Assembly (NCBI GenBank): GCA_965240325.2
Contig: OZ251243.1
Span: 1,116,001 to 1,180,000, forward strand
Origin: Rebecca billardiae RCC1528
Lineage: Eukaryota > Protista > Haptophyta
Reading direction: 5' to 3'
DNA: 64,000 nucleotides
Within the stretch, counting starts at the first letter, position 1. Each line of letters opens with the position of its first letter. Below the pieces are notes generated by a model. That model was given only the letters and a program-made list of their open reading frames with translations. It was not told the origin of the DNA and searched no databases. The position numbers were made by a program, and so were the translations under genes. This document shows, one piece after another, positions 21,886 through 32,886 of the stretch.

Positions 21886-23215
21886 GGGTGGAATTCCCAT
21901 ATTTTCTGGCGCACTTCCGCACTGGGGAGGCGGAAAAGCGTCATTTAATACGCGAATAAGGAATAAATAAGAAAGGGAATAAAGCGCACGCAGTGCGAAG
22001 AAATTTTTCCGGGTGTATCCGCGTAGTTATTATGCGAAGCACCCGAGCTGCTGCGAGGCGGCCTGCTTGCGCACGCGGCGTCCCGAGTACCCTCGGGGCT
22101 CACCTGCGGCTCGGCCTGCGCACGCTTAGCAAGCTCGCGTGCGGCCTGCACCTTGCCCGCCGCCTCGACTCTCGAGCAAGAGGATCGACGTATGAGTGAG
22201 CGTGTGCCGCCGAGCTGCTGTCCGGCAGCCACCCGCGACTGCAGCCGCTGGCCGCGGTGCCTGGCCTCGGCGCGGCCCCACAGGCTCAGCGCTGTGAGCT
22301 CCTCCTCCTTCTGCGCTCCTCCTCCAGGCGTTTGGGCCGCCGCCGCCTTGGCCGCCTCGTCCTCGTCGATCAGCTGAACGGCGGGAGTGATGTCTCTGCT
22401 CAGCTGAGTGTGACGTGACAAGCGAGGCGACGAGCGACGGCAGCCCGGTGACCAAGCCGACGAGCTCATCGTACGAGCCGTCACGCGTGCGCTCGTGCCG
22501 TGTCTGAGCTGGCTCGCGCTCGTACGCCGACCAGGCTTTGCTCGGACTGAACGCGTCTGCTCGGGCGTCCTTGCGTGTGCGCTTGGACGGCCGCGGGCCG
22601 TCATCTGGTCCGACCGCGCGCAGCTCGATCTCGGAAGCGTTGAGCTGCTCCGCGGTTGACTCGCCCTCTACCTCAGGCTCGACCACGGCAGCAGGCCCCG
22701 CAGCAGCCGCCAGATAGCATCGGCAGGGGCCCCTGCGCCACCCGCCGCCGTCCGCACATCGGCCAGCTTGCCGCACACGCGCTGGACCACGGCCTCGCCG
22801 CGCTTGACGCGGATGTGGTGCCAGGTCGTCGTGCCAATCGCTTGGCTATCGACAACGGGCACGGGCACCTCGATCACGACAACGCCTGTCGCGTAGGCTG
22901 TGTAGCGATGTCCGTCCACGACTCCGTCGTGGGTGGACGGCGCACGCCATCGCGGCCGTGGGCGCAAGTGTCTCGTGAATTGTTTTTTTAATTCACTAAT
23001 TCGCCCAGCCGCTACATCGAACTCGACAACGGTTGCTTTTACACCCGCGATCTTTTGACTGTGCAAATGGGGCGCCGCCCCATGCTCAAATCCGAAGAGA
23101 ACGAAGATGTAAAAGTGTCTGGTCCCTAGATACTGTGCTGTCCGGGTCCCGGTCCGGTCAGATCTGAGCAGCCGGATTTTCCGCCCGGACAGGCCAGAAA
23201 ATGGGATTTTCACCC
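21886..23215. mobile_element. Non-autonomous TIR element with 4-bp TSD (GATG)
   Basis: Left GGGTGGAATTCCCATATTTTCTGGC versus right-end reverse complement GGGTGAAAATCCCATTTTCTGGC. GATG at 21882-21885 and 23216-23219. Confidence 0.7.
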
Positions 23216-23455
23216 GATGGGACGACGAGTTATTCGGACCCAGTAGGCCGCGCGCCGGACGGGCTTCGAACATCACGATCGTAGTCTGCAGTCAGATCCG
23301 AAAGCGCCGACGGTGAGAATATCACGCGCAGTAAACTACGCACCGCAGCCATCCCGCCGATTCCGGTGAATGGTGCCACGACTGCGGCGCTGGCGTGATC
23401 GACGCGTGGTTCCCGCGCCAGGCGCCGCGGCACGCTCGCGGTCGCGCCTCGGCCC

Positions 23456-23972
23456 TCATGCCGCCTCGATCGGGCGCGACGCCTCGCTCTCGATCCCGCT
23501 GAGCAGGCTGAGCACCGTGTCGATGTCGATCGCGTCGAGATCGCCCGCCGGCGCGTCCGCGACCTGCGCGAGCTCGCGCTCGAGCTTGTGGCTCGCCTCG
23601 ATGGTTTTGGGCGAGAAGAGCGACTGCATCGTGGTGGGCATCGGCTCGTGCAGGGCGGGCATCAAGTTCACGGCGACGGGCGGCGCGTTCGGGTGCGCGA
23701 GCACCGTCGGCGGGATGGAGAGCTTCGGGATGCTGTCCGCAACGACGGCGGCGCCGCCGCCAGGCGCAAGGCTGCCCGGCGGCAGCGGCGCATCGGACTC
23801 ATCGGTCAGTACGAGCCGGCGCCGCTTGGGCGTGGGCAGCTGGGGCGGCTGCGTGGGGTGCGCGTCGGGCTGCGCGGTGCCGAGGTGCGAGAGGCCGAAC
23901 ATGTCCGTCGGCAGCGGCCCGTGCAGGAGCCCGGGCTGGCTCGAGCCCTGCACGGCGCAGCCGCCGCCGCCG

Positions 23973-24003
<31 letters not shown>

Positions 24004-24715
24004 TGCCGCCGTGCATGTGCTGCAGGAAGCCGACGACCTTGTTGACGGTGGTGCGCGTCATGCGCTGCGACTCCTGCGTCTCGCCCAGCGCGCGCTGGAG
24101 CTCCTTCACTTGCTGCAGCATGGTCGCCTGCAGCTGGGACATGCGCACGATCTCGGCGAGCACGGTCGTCGCCGTGGCCGCATCAGAGCCCGCGGCCGCG
24201 GCAGCCTTGGCCTTGGCGGCCGCTGCCGCGCCCCCGCCCGCACCGGAGAGTGGGGGCGTCATGGCCTGCTCGGCGGTGCCGTCGATACTGAACGGGAAGC
24301 TCGCGAGCGGGCCCATCTTCGCCTGCGGGTTCTCCTCGTCGGACAGCTCGTCCGCGCCGCCGGCCTCGCTGCCGGCGCCGCCGCGCCGGCGCGATGGCGC
24401 GCCGCGCTTGCGCGTGATGTTGGCGAGGAGCTCGGGCTTCCCGCGGACGAAGCAGTCGTGACCGAAGGCCCACTTGTCCTTCTCCATCTTGCGGAAGCCG
24501 TACGTGTTCAGCTGCCGGATGAAGCTCGAGAAGTTGTTGTGCTTGAAGTTCTTCGGCAGCACCTCCGACGTGAACGCCTCTGGGTTGCGCACGACGAAGT
24601 GGTCGCCCGCGGCCGACCACGAGATGATCGCGTCGGTGCTCGGGTCGTCGACGAGCTCGTACGCCTTCGCGAGGAAGGGCTTCGCCCCGTCGGCGATCGG
24701 CGCGTCCGCGGCCAT
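23456..24715 (-). CDS. HSF: Heat shock transcription factor
   Basis: HSF DNA-binding domain PFLAKAYELVDD...IISWS...FKHNNFSSFIRQLNTYGFRK, followed by a coiled-coil region and the basic motif PKRRR. Confidence 0.95.
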
Positions 24716-25569
24716 CAGTCAGGTCGAGGGCAGTACGTGTGCGTTGGAGGATGAGGGCTCTTCCAATGAGAGCAGCGCTCCCGCTGCCTTCGCCCGGGCC
24801 GCGGTCCACGCATCAAGCACAGCGCGCTTATTCGCTCCGGCGAAGCGCGCAGAAGCACGAACCGCTGTGAAAGAAAGGGGACTTACGCGAAAGAGTCTTC
24901 CGGAAGCTGTGAGCTCGGTAGGGCGGTTTGCAAGCTACGTTCATGACTCAATCATGAGGGGTAAACTATCCCGTACCGGTACGACTTCAATATTGAAAGC
25001 TGGTTGGCGGTAGGATTCGCCCTCAAACGGCCACGAAAAAAGTACCCACGACGATGATGCCGAGTTGAAATCGACCTGGCAGCTACCCGCCGACGGGAGC
25101 GGCCCACGATCGCGGACTAATTCTATGATTTAAAGACACAGGCACGAGGGCGCAGCTCTCCTGATTCGTCTGTCGAAGTACTGAATGGAGTTAATGGAGG
25201 ATGTCGGGACTGACCCCGACGAAACAAAACAAATTGCGAGAAAGGCGAAATCAAGCCAGTCATCAAGCCACGTTTATCTCCCGCTACATCAATTCATCAT
25301 GGCTGCCGCCCGGCCCGGCCACGCGGACGGGTTGCCAGAGGTGTGAACTGAGCTCGTGCATCCGGGCTCGTCGGCGGGGTGGTGCTTCCCATCTGACGCG
25401 GTTCGGCTGGACTCGTCGCTTCCGTCGGCGTCTGGGCGGTCCGCACCGGAGCAGCCAGCGGACCACGTGACGTCGCGCACGTGAGGTACTGAAAGGTAGT
25501 GTCAACTAGTAAAGGCGCGCTGTTTATTCTACAGCCCTCGCTCGGAACGCAAAAGAGCTAAGGACAGTA

Positions 25570-25748
25570 TGGATCGCGCTCCAGCAGCTCGAGGCCGCGC
25601 TCAAGCCATTCGATCGCGGTGCAGGCTATGCTCTGCCACCAACGCCGACTTCGTGTCGACGATCGGGCACTACTCAGCCGACAAATCAGGATCAGGACGG
25701 CCGACCGTGCTGAGTCGTCCTACCTGTGGCGTTAAATCATAGAATGAG
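25570..25748 (+). repeat. Dispersed repeat, degenerate copy of 32593-32756 (possible hAT transposase remnant)
   Basis: Shares TGGATCGCGCTCCAGCAGCTC...GTTAAATCATAGAATGAG with the second copy, with several small indels. Confidence 0.7.
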
Positions 25749-25989
25749 CTTACTAAGGCCGGATACTCCCGCGAGCCGACCGACTCGCGAGTCAACTGCA
25801 GCCCGCAGTTGTCGGACACGGTGAGTACTAAGCTAGATGCAGTCGTAGACTTTACGTACTTCAAAATAATAATCAAGCTACGACAGCAGATTATTTTAAA
25901 CAGAATGACGCCGGATGCCCGGATCGGGATCGCGCGCGGCGCGAGCCCGACGCTGGCCGTCACCGCTTGCGGCAGCGGCGCTGCCGCGA

Positions 25990-26898
25990 TCAGGCGCTCA
26001 GCTCGAGCGCGTAGAGCGGCACTCCCGCCAGCGCGTACTTCTCCTCAAAGTCCGTCAGGAACGGCGGCGTCGGCTGGTACGATCTCACGGCGCGGTCTTG
26101 TCCGCCGCGCGATGAGTCTGAGCGCAATGCGGCCGGCGGGCTCGGGGCGTCGGGAGGCGGCGGGCTACGTGCGTACTGGCGCGCTGCAGCGATGGCAGTC
26201 GCCGCCACCGTCTCGGCGGGCCCAACGTCGGCGGCCGCGACCGCCTGCACCGCCAGCGCGAACTCGTCCAGGTACGTGCGCCAGTTGCTCCGCAGCTCGA
26301 GCTCGCCGCCAAGCGCAAGGAGCAGCGGAAAGCTCGCGTGGCCGTGCCACCGGCGCTGCAGGTGGGCGGGCTTGGGGTACGGGTTGGGGAAGAGGAGGTG
26401 GTGGCGGCGCACGGCGAGGCCGTGCTCGAGGCCCAGGCGCCAGAATGCCGGGAGGTCCGCGCGCACGAGCAGCGCGTTCGGCGCCACCTCCAGCACAAAG
26501 GGCGACTCGTCATCGCACGCCGCGTGCCGCGCGCCCTTTGCAAGGCGCACGATGGAGCGGTCGACGCCGAGCACGAGGCAGTCCGCGTGCCGGGCCGCAA
26601 GCGCACGCGTCGATCTACCCGTGCCACATCCCGAGTCGAGGATCACGTCACGCGGCGCGCCGTCTGCGAACCGCACTTGCAGCCACTGGTCCGCCGCCGC
26701 CCACGCGCGCGCGGTGTGCGGCGGCACCTGCGCGTGCGCCAGGTAGCGCGCCACCTCGCGCGTGTGCTTGCACGCCGCGGATGCCGTGTGAAGGTGCACC
26801 GCACACCGGTCGATCACGTACCCGGGCGGGAGGCCGGCGGCGTGGCATGCGATCGCCGAGGCGAGCAGCGCCACGGCGGCTCGTGGCGCGGACGGCAT
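25990..26898 (-). CDS. trmB: tRNA (guanine-N7)-methyltransferase, TrmB-like, with N-terminal signal-like peptide
   Basis: Motifs ILDSGCGTG, LGVDRS, LLFPNPYPK..H..RR, LELRSNW and TDFEEKY. Confidence 0.8.
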   Translation of the reverse strand: MPSAPRAAVALLASAIACHAAGLPPGYVIDRCAVHLHTASAACKHTREVARYLAHAQVPPHTARAWAAADQWLQVRFADGAPRDVILDSGCGTGRSTRALAARHADCLVLGVDRSIVRLAKGARHAACDDESPFVLEVAPNALLVRADLPAFWRLGLEHGLAVRRHHLLFPNPYPKPAHLQRRWHGHASFPLLLALGGELELRSNWRTYLDEFALAVQAVAAADVGPAETVAATAIAAARQYARSPPPPDAPSPPAALRSDSSRGGQDRAVRSYQPTPPFLTDFEEKYALAGVPLYALELSA

Positions 26899-27020
26899 GG
26901 CCTCGCGATCGTTGGCGCAATGGCGCTTGCTATTCCGGTGTTACAATCGGTTACAGTTTATTTGTTTTAACGTGCGTAAGGCTCACGGTGGCAGGTTGCC
27001 GCGCCATCCTTCATCGCACG

Positions 27021-27108
27021 CTCTCCGAAGAGAGACCTGGAAACTGGTTTTGAACCCATGACCTCAGACGCAGTACAATCCGCGCAGCACCGACTGAGAG
27101 AATGGGGG
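27021..27108 (-). pseudogene. tRNA-like sequence (tRNA-Tyr-like pseudogene or SINE head) followed by a C(UUCG)G hairpin
   Basis: On the - strand: degenerate box A TCTCTCAGTCGG, TT-GTA, GAGGTCATG-GGTTCAAAACC (box B consensus), then CTCTC-TTCG-GAGAG. The acceptor stem does not pair. Confidence 0.4.
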
Positions 27109-27895
27109 TACTGTACTACTAGTAACTACTAAAACGAGTCCGGCCTGCTTGCTTGCACTGCAGCACTGCACAGCTGCTAGGGCTGATTGCCGTGCCCGTG
27201 AACTGTGAAGGCCGTGTGGCATCTCAACTCAGTCGACTCGGTCTCGGGCAAGTTGTCGATCATTATTGGCGCGGAGTTGCAGCTGAGGCTGACTGATGGC
27301 TGAGCGACGACTCCCCCGCGGATCTGGGATCAGTGAGTGAGTGAGCGGGCTGACGACGCTGCGGTGCCCGATCCGCGTTATTCATCTATAATCGGGGAGC
27401 CGCGCTGTCGCCGTCGGGCCCGCGTCGGTCGGTGGCTGCGGCGGCGCGGCGCGGCTCAGCCTCAGGCTGCCGCCGCCGGCTACGCGGGCGCTAGCGCCGA
27501 CGTCCGCGGCGCTGACGCCGACGGACGACGCGCTGGCCTGCTCCGACGCAGCCATCCCGGTCAGACCGGCGGCCGAGCGTCTGCATCCGACAGCACTTCA
27601 CGCCGCCCCCGGCCCCGGCGGACCCGCTGTCAGGCCCTCAGCGGGCCAGGCAGTCAGCGGCGGTCGGCCTCTGACTCGTCTGTCCCGTCACCCCGCCCGG
27701 CGGTCCTGCGATCCAGTCAGTAACGCGCTGACTGACCGCGACGAGTCCGACTCGCCTCACTCAGACTCAGTCCGACCGCCGACGCCGAAGGCCCGCGAAT
27801 AAGTAGTCGACTCTGCACTAAACTGACTGACCGTGTTCAAACTGCTGACTGCCACACTGACCCTGCGGCGCGCCGGCGGGGCGCCGCCGGCACCC

Positions 27896-28853
27896 GGCCT
27901 GTTTTAATTCTACGAGAGCCCAACGGCGACATCAGCCAAAACGCGGTAAAATAATGGCGGCTTCGGCCGGCTGGTGGGGTGCAGCGGTAGTGCAGAGTAG
28001 TGGCGGCCCCGCGGCACGCCGTTGGCGCATCCTCGTGCTAAGACGCTGAGCTGTGGCGAGAGACGTTGCCCAGACGTGCTGCTTCGACTTGCCGAGGTGC
28101 TTAGCCTTGACACAGGGGTTCCTCGCGGCGCACGCGCGCGACCAGCCACTGCATGAACCGCAGCGGCGGGCCCGCTGCAAGCTGCAAGCACTCTGCGTTG
28201 GCTGCGTCTAGCCCGTGCCATGTGACGACCAAGGCCGGCTGATAGAAAGATAGTCTGCCATCGAAACCAGCTCTACACGCTCCGCCGCCACTACCTTGTC
28301 GGGCTTGAGATGCTTCCGTTGCGTGCGCTCGCATGCGGCCTGTTGCCTGCTTTTGAACGTGATCGCGGCAGGTCGGCTGGCCGGATTGTCAAGCCTCCTC
28401 GGCGTAGACTACGACACGATGCGTGCTACACGCACCCATGACACGCCGAAAGGCGTATGCACGCGTCTTCGCGCATCTGGCAGGCTGCAGTCTTGGCCAA
28501 ATTGATGAGAACAAGCCTGCATCAAGCGCTCGTCGCGCAGGCGCGAGCGCGCGGAGAGTTCCGGGGCGACCCATGGTGCCTTGTTGGGGGACGCAACTCC
28601 TCCTCAACGGCTGCGAGCAGCGACACCGGAGCTAGATCGCTGCACTCAGCACTCCTCGCTGAGTGCAGCGTGACCCTCGGAGTCGTGCGTCTCGGCTTCC
28701 CGCCGGAGCCTTTGCGTCCCCCAACGGGGCGTGACACCGATTCCCACTGGCGGGCACGGGTTTGTCGCCGTGACATTCGCCTGCCTGAGCTGTGTGCGTC
28801 TCTTATTCTTAGTAAACTGTAGTAAATGGAATCTGGTAGAAATAAAACAGGCC
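27896..28853. mobile_element. Non-autonomous TIR element with 4-bp TSD (ACCC)
   Basis: 22-bp TIR GGCCTGTTTTAATTCTACGAGA versus GGCCTGTTTTATTTCTACCAGA (2 mismatches). ACCC at 27892-27895 and 28854-28857. Confidence 0.78.
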
Positions 28854-29083
28854 ACCCGCCGCGCACGGCGCCGATAAGGCTCCCTGGCGCGCCGCGGGCC
28901 GCCCCGGCGGGCGGGCCGCCCGGCCGCCGGCGGCGACACACGCGAGGTGAGCAGCCAGGACGCGAGGCTTGGTCCATGCAGGAGTCGAGTCCGTATACCC
29001 AGCCGCCGCAAGTCAGAAAGCGCGCCGCCTTAGGAATACAGTACGACGCTCAGAGTCAGCCGGTCAGCGTCAGCCAGTCCAGG

Positions 29084-30004
29084 TCAGGCGAAGATGGGCA
29101 GCACGTGCTCAGCCCACCAGTCGGCGCTGAAGCGCAGGTGGTCGCCGCGGAAGGTGAGGCGCTCGAGCCGGCCGCTGGTGTGCAGCGTGCGCAGCCCGAT
29201 CCAGTCGCCCTTGTACCCCTCCGAGCGCTCCATCGGCACGACCTCGCCCCACGGCTGCCCCCACGGCCAGAAGCCGTGGTGCGCCGTCTGCCGCGGCACG
29301 AGCATCGTGTCGAACTGCGCCTCGACGAGCACGTACCGCTGCAGCGACAGCATGTTGGCGCGGTACGTGACGTTCTTCGCGCGCCGCTCGTTCGCCAGGT
29401 CCGGCAGGAACACGTTCTTCGCCAGGTACTCGTCGTGCGCGCCCACGTCCTTCCAGTACCCCGAGAAGGCGATGTTGGCGCCGTACTTGTCGAGCTTCCA
29501 GATCGGGCAGACGAGCTGGTAGAGCGGGTTGTCGGGGCAGGTGCCGATGCCCTCCATCGGGCCGCAGATCGAGACGAACCGGCGCACGGGCGGCTCGTTC
29601 ACGCGCTCGATGTACGCGCGCACCAGCAGGTTGCCCTGCGAGAGGCCGACCGCGTCAAAGCCGCTGGACAGCCGCGCGTCCGAGCGGACGGCGCGGACAA
29701 ACTCGTGGAGCTGGCGGTCGAGCGGCTCGAGGATGGAGGCGAGCCCATCGGCCACGTCGAGCGCCACCGCGTACTTGCCCGGGTACGCCTCGCTCACCGT
29801 CTTCGCGAGCGACTGCATGCCCGGGTTGGCGCCGGCGTCGCCCATGCCGTGCATGAAGACGACCGGGTGGTCGTCGCCGCTCAGCGCGCCGGTGAGGGCG
29901 CGCACGCGGCTGAGCGAGAGCACCGGCGCGTGAAAGGCCGTGAGGTTCGTCGGCGGCGCCGGCGCGCCGGCTGTGAGCGCGACGAGCGCGATGAGCGGCG
30001 CCAT
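29084..30004 (-). CDS. PPT1: Palmitoyl-protein thioesterase 1
   Basis: Signal peptide, PVVFMHGMGD, nucleophile elbow GLSQG, FSGYWKD, FLPDLANER, DWIGLRTL and GDHL. Confidence 0.93.
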   Translation of the reverse strand: MAPLIALVALTAGAPAPPTNLTAFHAPVLSLSRVRALTGALSGDDHPVVFMHGMGDAGANPGMQSLAKTVSEAYPGKYAVALDVADGLASILEPLDRQLHEFVRAVRSDARLSSGFDAVGLSQGNLLVRAYIERVNEPPVRRFVSICGPMEGIGTCPDNPLYQLVCPIWKLDKYGANIAFSGYWKDVGAHDEYLAKNVFLPDLANERRAKNVTYRANMLSLQRYVLVEAQFDTMLVPRQTAHHGFWPWGQPWGEVVPMERSEGYKGDWIGLRTLHTSGRLERLTFRGDHLRFSADWWAEHVLPIFA

Positions 30005-30084
30005 GCAGACCTGTGCCGACGGCGTGAGTGAGCCCGTCCAACCTGACCACCGCGCCGCGGGCCCGCGGCCCAAAACAAGGCCGG

Positions 30085-31386
30085 ATGACGAATCCGAGGA
30101 TGGCGGCCCCCAGGCGGCGTCGGGGCTGCAAAGGGCTCAGGCCCTTCTTGTTATTCGTGCTCGCTCTCGCCGCGCGCGCGGGCGGCGACTCGCCGCCGTG
30201 CGACGTGCGGCAGTGTATGCGCTGCCTCAAGCGCTGCTGGGACAGCGCCAGCCACGACGTCGCCGCCCTCGTGAACGAGCTGAGACAAGAGCTCGTGTAC
30301 TTCACCGGCGCGTCGTTCGACCCGCGGCTGCCGGCGGAGGACAGCAACCTGTGCGGCTCGACGGCGGAGACGACGCAGCTGCTCACGGCCGTGCGCAACA
30401 TCGCGCGCGCCCACCGCCGCTCGCTCGGCTGGGGCCGCGTCTGGGGCTTCGGCTACCACGGGCAGGACCATGGCTGGTGGGTCGCGTGGTACCTCTGCCC
30501 GCGCGGCGCGGCAGGCGCGTCGTCCATGTGCCGCAAGCCACCGCCGGACGGCGGCCACGGCGCGGTGATCGCGCGCTGCTCGGACTGGTGGGGCGTCTGC
30601 TCCTACGACGAGGACGAGCTCGAGCTCGACGCGCCGACGACGGGCGGGCTGTGCACGCGGCCGCGGCGGCAGGCTGCGCCCGAGCGCGCTGCGGCTGCGG
30701 GCGGCGGCGCGCGCGGCAGCGCGGCGCGCGCGGGCACGCGCGGCGGGCACGCGCTGCGCGCGCGGCGCCTCGACGCGTCGACGGCGGCGCCGGCCGAGCC
30801 GCGCGGCGAGGACGCCGCCGACGAGCGCCGCCGCCGCAAGCAGCTCAAGCGCATCCTCGGCCGGCGGCCATGGGAGTGCGCGGCCGAGCAGACCACGTTC
30901 CGCCGCTCGCTGAATAATTCGTATTTGCTCGACGGCGGCTGGCTGGTGTACCCGCAGCGCAAGTCGCGCGTGTCGATGGTCGCGCGGTACTCGCGCATGC
31001 AGACGCTGTCGTACACGGTGCCCGTGCCCCCCGAGAAGAAGCCGCCGCAGCAGCCACCCGGCCTGCGCCGCCGCCTCGCGCGCGCCGCGGGCGCGGCCGG
31101 CGGCTCGGGCGGCGGCGCGCACGGCACGCCCGCCGGCGCGGATGACCTCGGCCGCCCGCTGTACCGGCTGCACGAGAACGTGACGGCGTACGCGCTGGCG
31201 ACGCTGGAGAAGGACGCGTGCTTCACGGGCAGCACGTGCCGGCACAAGTGCGCGCCCGGCTGCACCTCGCGGCCCAGGGCGCTGCACAACAACCCGTGCG
31301 TCGAGCTCGCGCAGAGCGCGCTCGGGCCGGCGGGCGCGAGCGCGGCGCCGGCGGGCGCGGCCGCGCAGCCGAGCGCGCGCCGCTGA
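30085..31386 (+). CDS. Hypothetical secreted Cys-rich protein
   Basis: GC3-biased ORF with signal-like FLLFVLALAARA and many Cys/Trp/Tyr residues; divergent from PPT1. Confidence 0.6.
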   Translation: MTNPRMAAPRRRRGCKGLRPFLLFVLALAARAGGDSPPCDVRQCMRCLKRCWDSASHDVAALVNELRQELVYFTGASFDPRLPAEDSNLCGSTAETTQLLTAVRNIARAHRRSLGWGRVWGFGYHGQDHGWWVAWYLCPRGAAGASSMCRKPPPDGGHGAVIARCSDWWGVCSYDEDELELDAPTTGGLCTRPRRQAAPERAAAAGGGARGSAARAGTRGGHALRARRLDASTAAPAEPRGEDAADERRRRKQLKRILGRRPWECAAEQTTFRRSLNNSYLLDGGWLVYPQRKSRVSMVARYSRMQTLSYTVPVPPEKKPPQQPPGLRRRLARAAGAAGGSGGGAHGTPAGADDLGRPLYRLHENVTAYALATLEKDACFTGSTCRHKCAPGCTSRPRALHNNPCVELAQSALGPAGASAAPAGAAAQPSARR

Positions 31387-31652
31387 CGGCGGGCGATGAC
31401 GCCGAGGCTGGCGCGGCGCGTGGGGCTGGCGTGGCGTGCTCAGCGTCGGGTTGGCCGGAGGCCGCGGGGTCGGTGCTGATGACGATCGCCACACAAGTGC
31501 TGAAATGAAACTCGATTTCGTCCGGTGAAGGCCCGTGGTCCGGCTTCCGCGCGGCCGCAGATTCCACTGCAACGACGAGCGGTGAGCGGTGCCACGCCCA
31601 CAACACCCCCGGGGAGCTCCCGCGCGCCGACAGTCAAGACGCCGACAGCGCC

Positions 31653-32105
31653 ATGAACTGGGCCGTCGCCGAGAGCGAGGCGTTTAGGCGCTGCGGCATG
31701 GTGGACGAGGACTGCGAGGCGGAAGCGGCCGAGCACGCCCGATGGCTCGCCCAGCAGCGGGAGGAGCGCGGCGAGGCGGCGCCTCACGCGGCCGTCGTGC
31801 CCCACGTCGCAGCCGGCCTGCCGCGCGCGACGCCGTCGCAGCCGCCGACGATTCGCGATCAGCTCGAGTCGGAGCACCGCACGCGGTCCGCGTTCGTCGA
31901 GGAGCGCCTCGCCGCCGAGAGAAGGCACGCCGAGTACATCGCCTCCAGCAAGGCCCCGGGCGCGGCCAAGGCGGAGGACAAGTCCACCGGCGGCCCGCGC
32001 GGCGGCAACAACGCGGCCGCGTGGGCTGAGCTGCAGCAGAACGCAAAGGTGCATGCGACGGACACGCGCGAGTTCCTGAGCCAGTGGGGTGGCGTCCTGC
32101 GCTGA
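31653..32105 (+). CDS. Hypothetical 150-aa protein
   Basis: ATG in GCCATG context, coding-like codon usage, no recognised motif. Confidence 0.55.
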   Translation: MNWAVAESEAFRRCGMVDEDCEAEAAEHARWLAQQREERGEAAPHAAVVPHVAAGLPRATPSQPPTIRDQLESEHRTRSAFVEERLAAERRHAEYIASSKAPGAAKAEDKSTGGPRGGNNAAAWAELQQNAKVHATDTREFLSQWGGVLR

Positions 32106-32592
32106 CGTGGCCGCTTGGACTGCGCTAGAGCACGTACCCAGGCCGCCGCGTAGTTAGAACGTGTCACAGTGTCACTGGCACTCCGATCGTCGGCGCGGCA
32201 TGGCGCGCTTACCGAGTTACCGACTCACTTACCGTCGAATGTGTGTGTGTGTGTGTGTATATATATAGTAGTAGCGCGCAGTGCCGCCGTCTGCGCGACA
32301 CTGCGCGCGCGCCGCACGCCCGCCAACCGCCCGCCGTGGCCCGCCGCGCGCCACCCGCACCGCTGGCGGGCTTAGCAATAAATTTAAAATTAGCATCATC
32401 AGAGGCCGACGATGGCAGCTGAGCAGAGCGGCAAGCGCGCACGCGGCCGCGCAGGGCACACGGGGACGACTACATCACCGCCGGATCACCCGCCAGGGCC
32501 CAGCGGCTGAGACGGCCGTCTGACATCCGGACCTGCACCCTCGCCCTCGCTCGGGGCACAGCAGGTCCGCCATGCGAGCCGCGCAGCGCAGG

Positions 32593-32756
32593 TGGATCGC
32601 GCTCCAGCAGCTCAAGGCCGCGCTCAAGCCATTCGATATCGCGGTTCAGGCTATGCTCTGCCACCAGCGCCGACTTCGTGTCGACGATCGGGCACTGCCG
32701 ACGACGAATCAGGAGACCTGCGCCGTCCTACCTGTGTCGTTAAATCATAGAATGAG
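32593..32756 (+). repeat. Dispersed repeat, possible hAT transposase remnant
   Basis: Second copy of 25570-25748. It translates as WIALQQLKAALKPFDIAVQAM, which resembles the hAT W..L..L...L.PF helix. Confidence 0.65.
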
Positions 32757-32886
32757 TGAGTGGAGCCCGAATACACTCTAAGATGAGTCTCTATACAGCT
32801 ACTGGCTCATCATTGTCAGCGAACGAGTTCGTGGCCGATCGCCAAGCCGCGCCGCCGCCTGGGCCGCCGCCGCCCCGGCTCAGATA

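Noticed and set aside
27021-27108. Functional tRNA-Tyr gene
   Set aside because: The acceptor stem does not pair and box A is degenerate, so it is kept only as tRNA-like.
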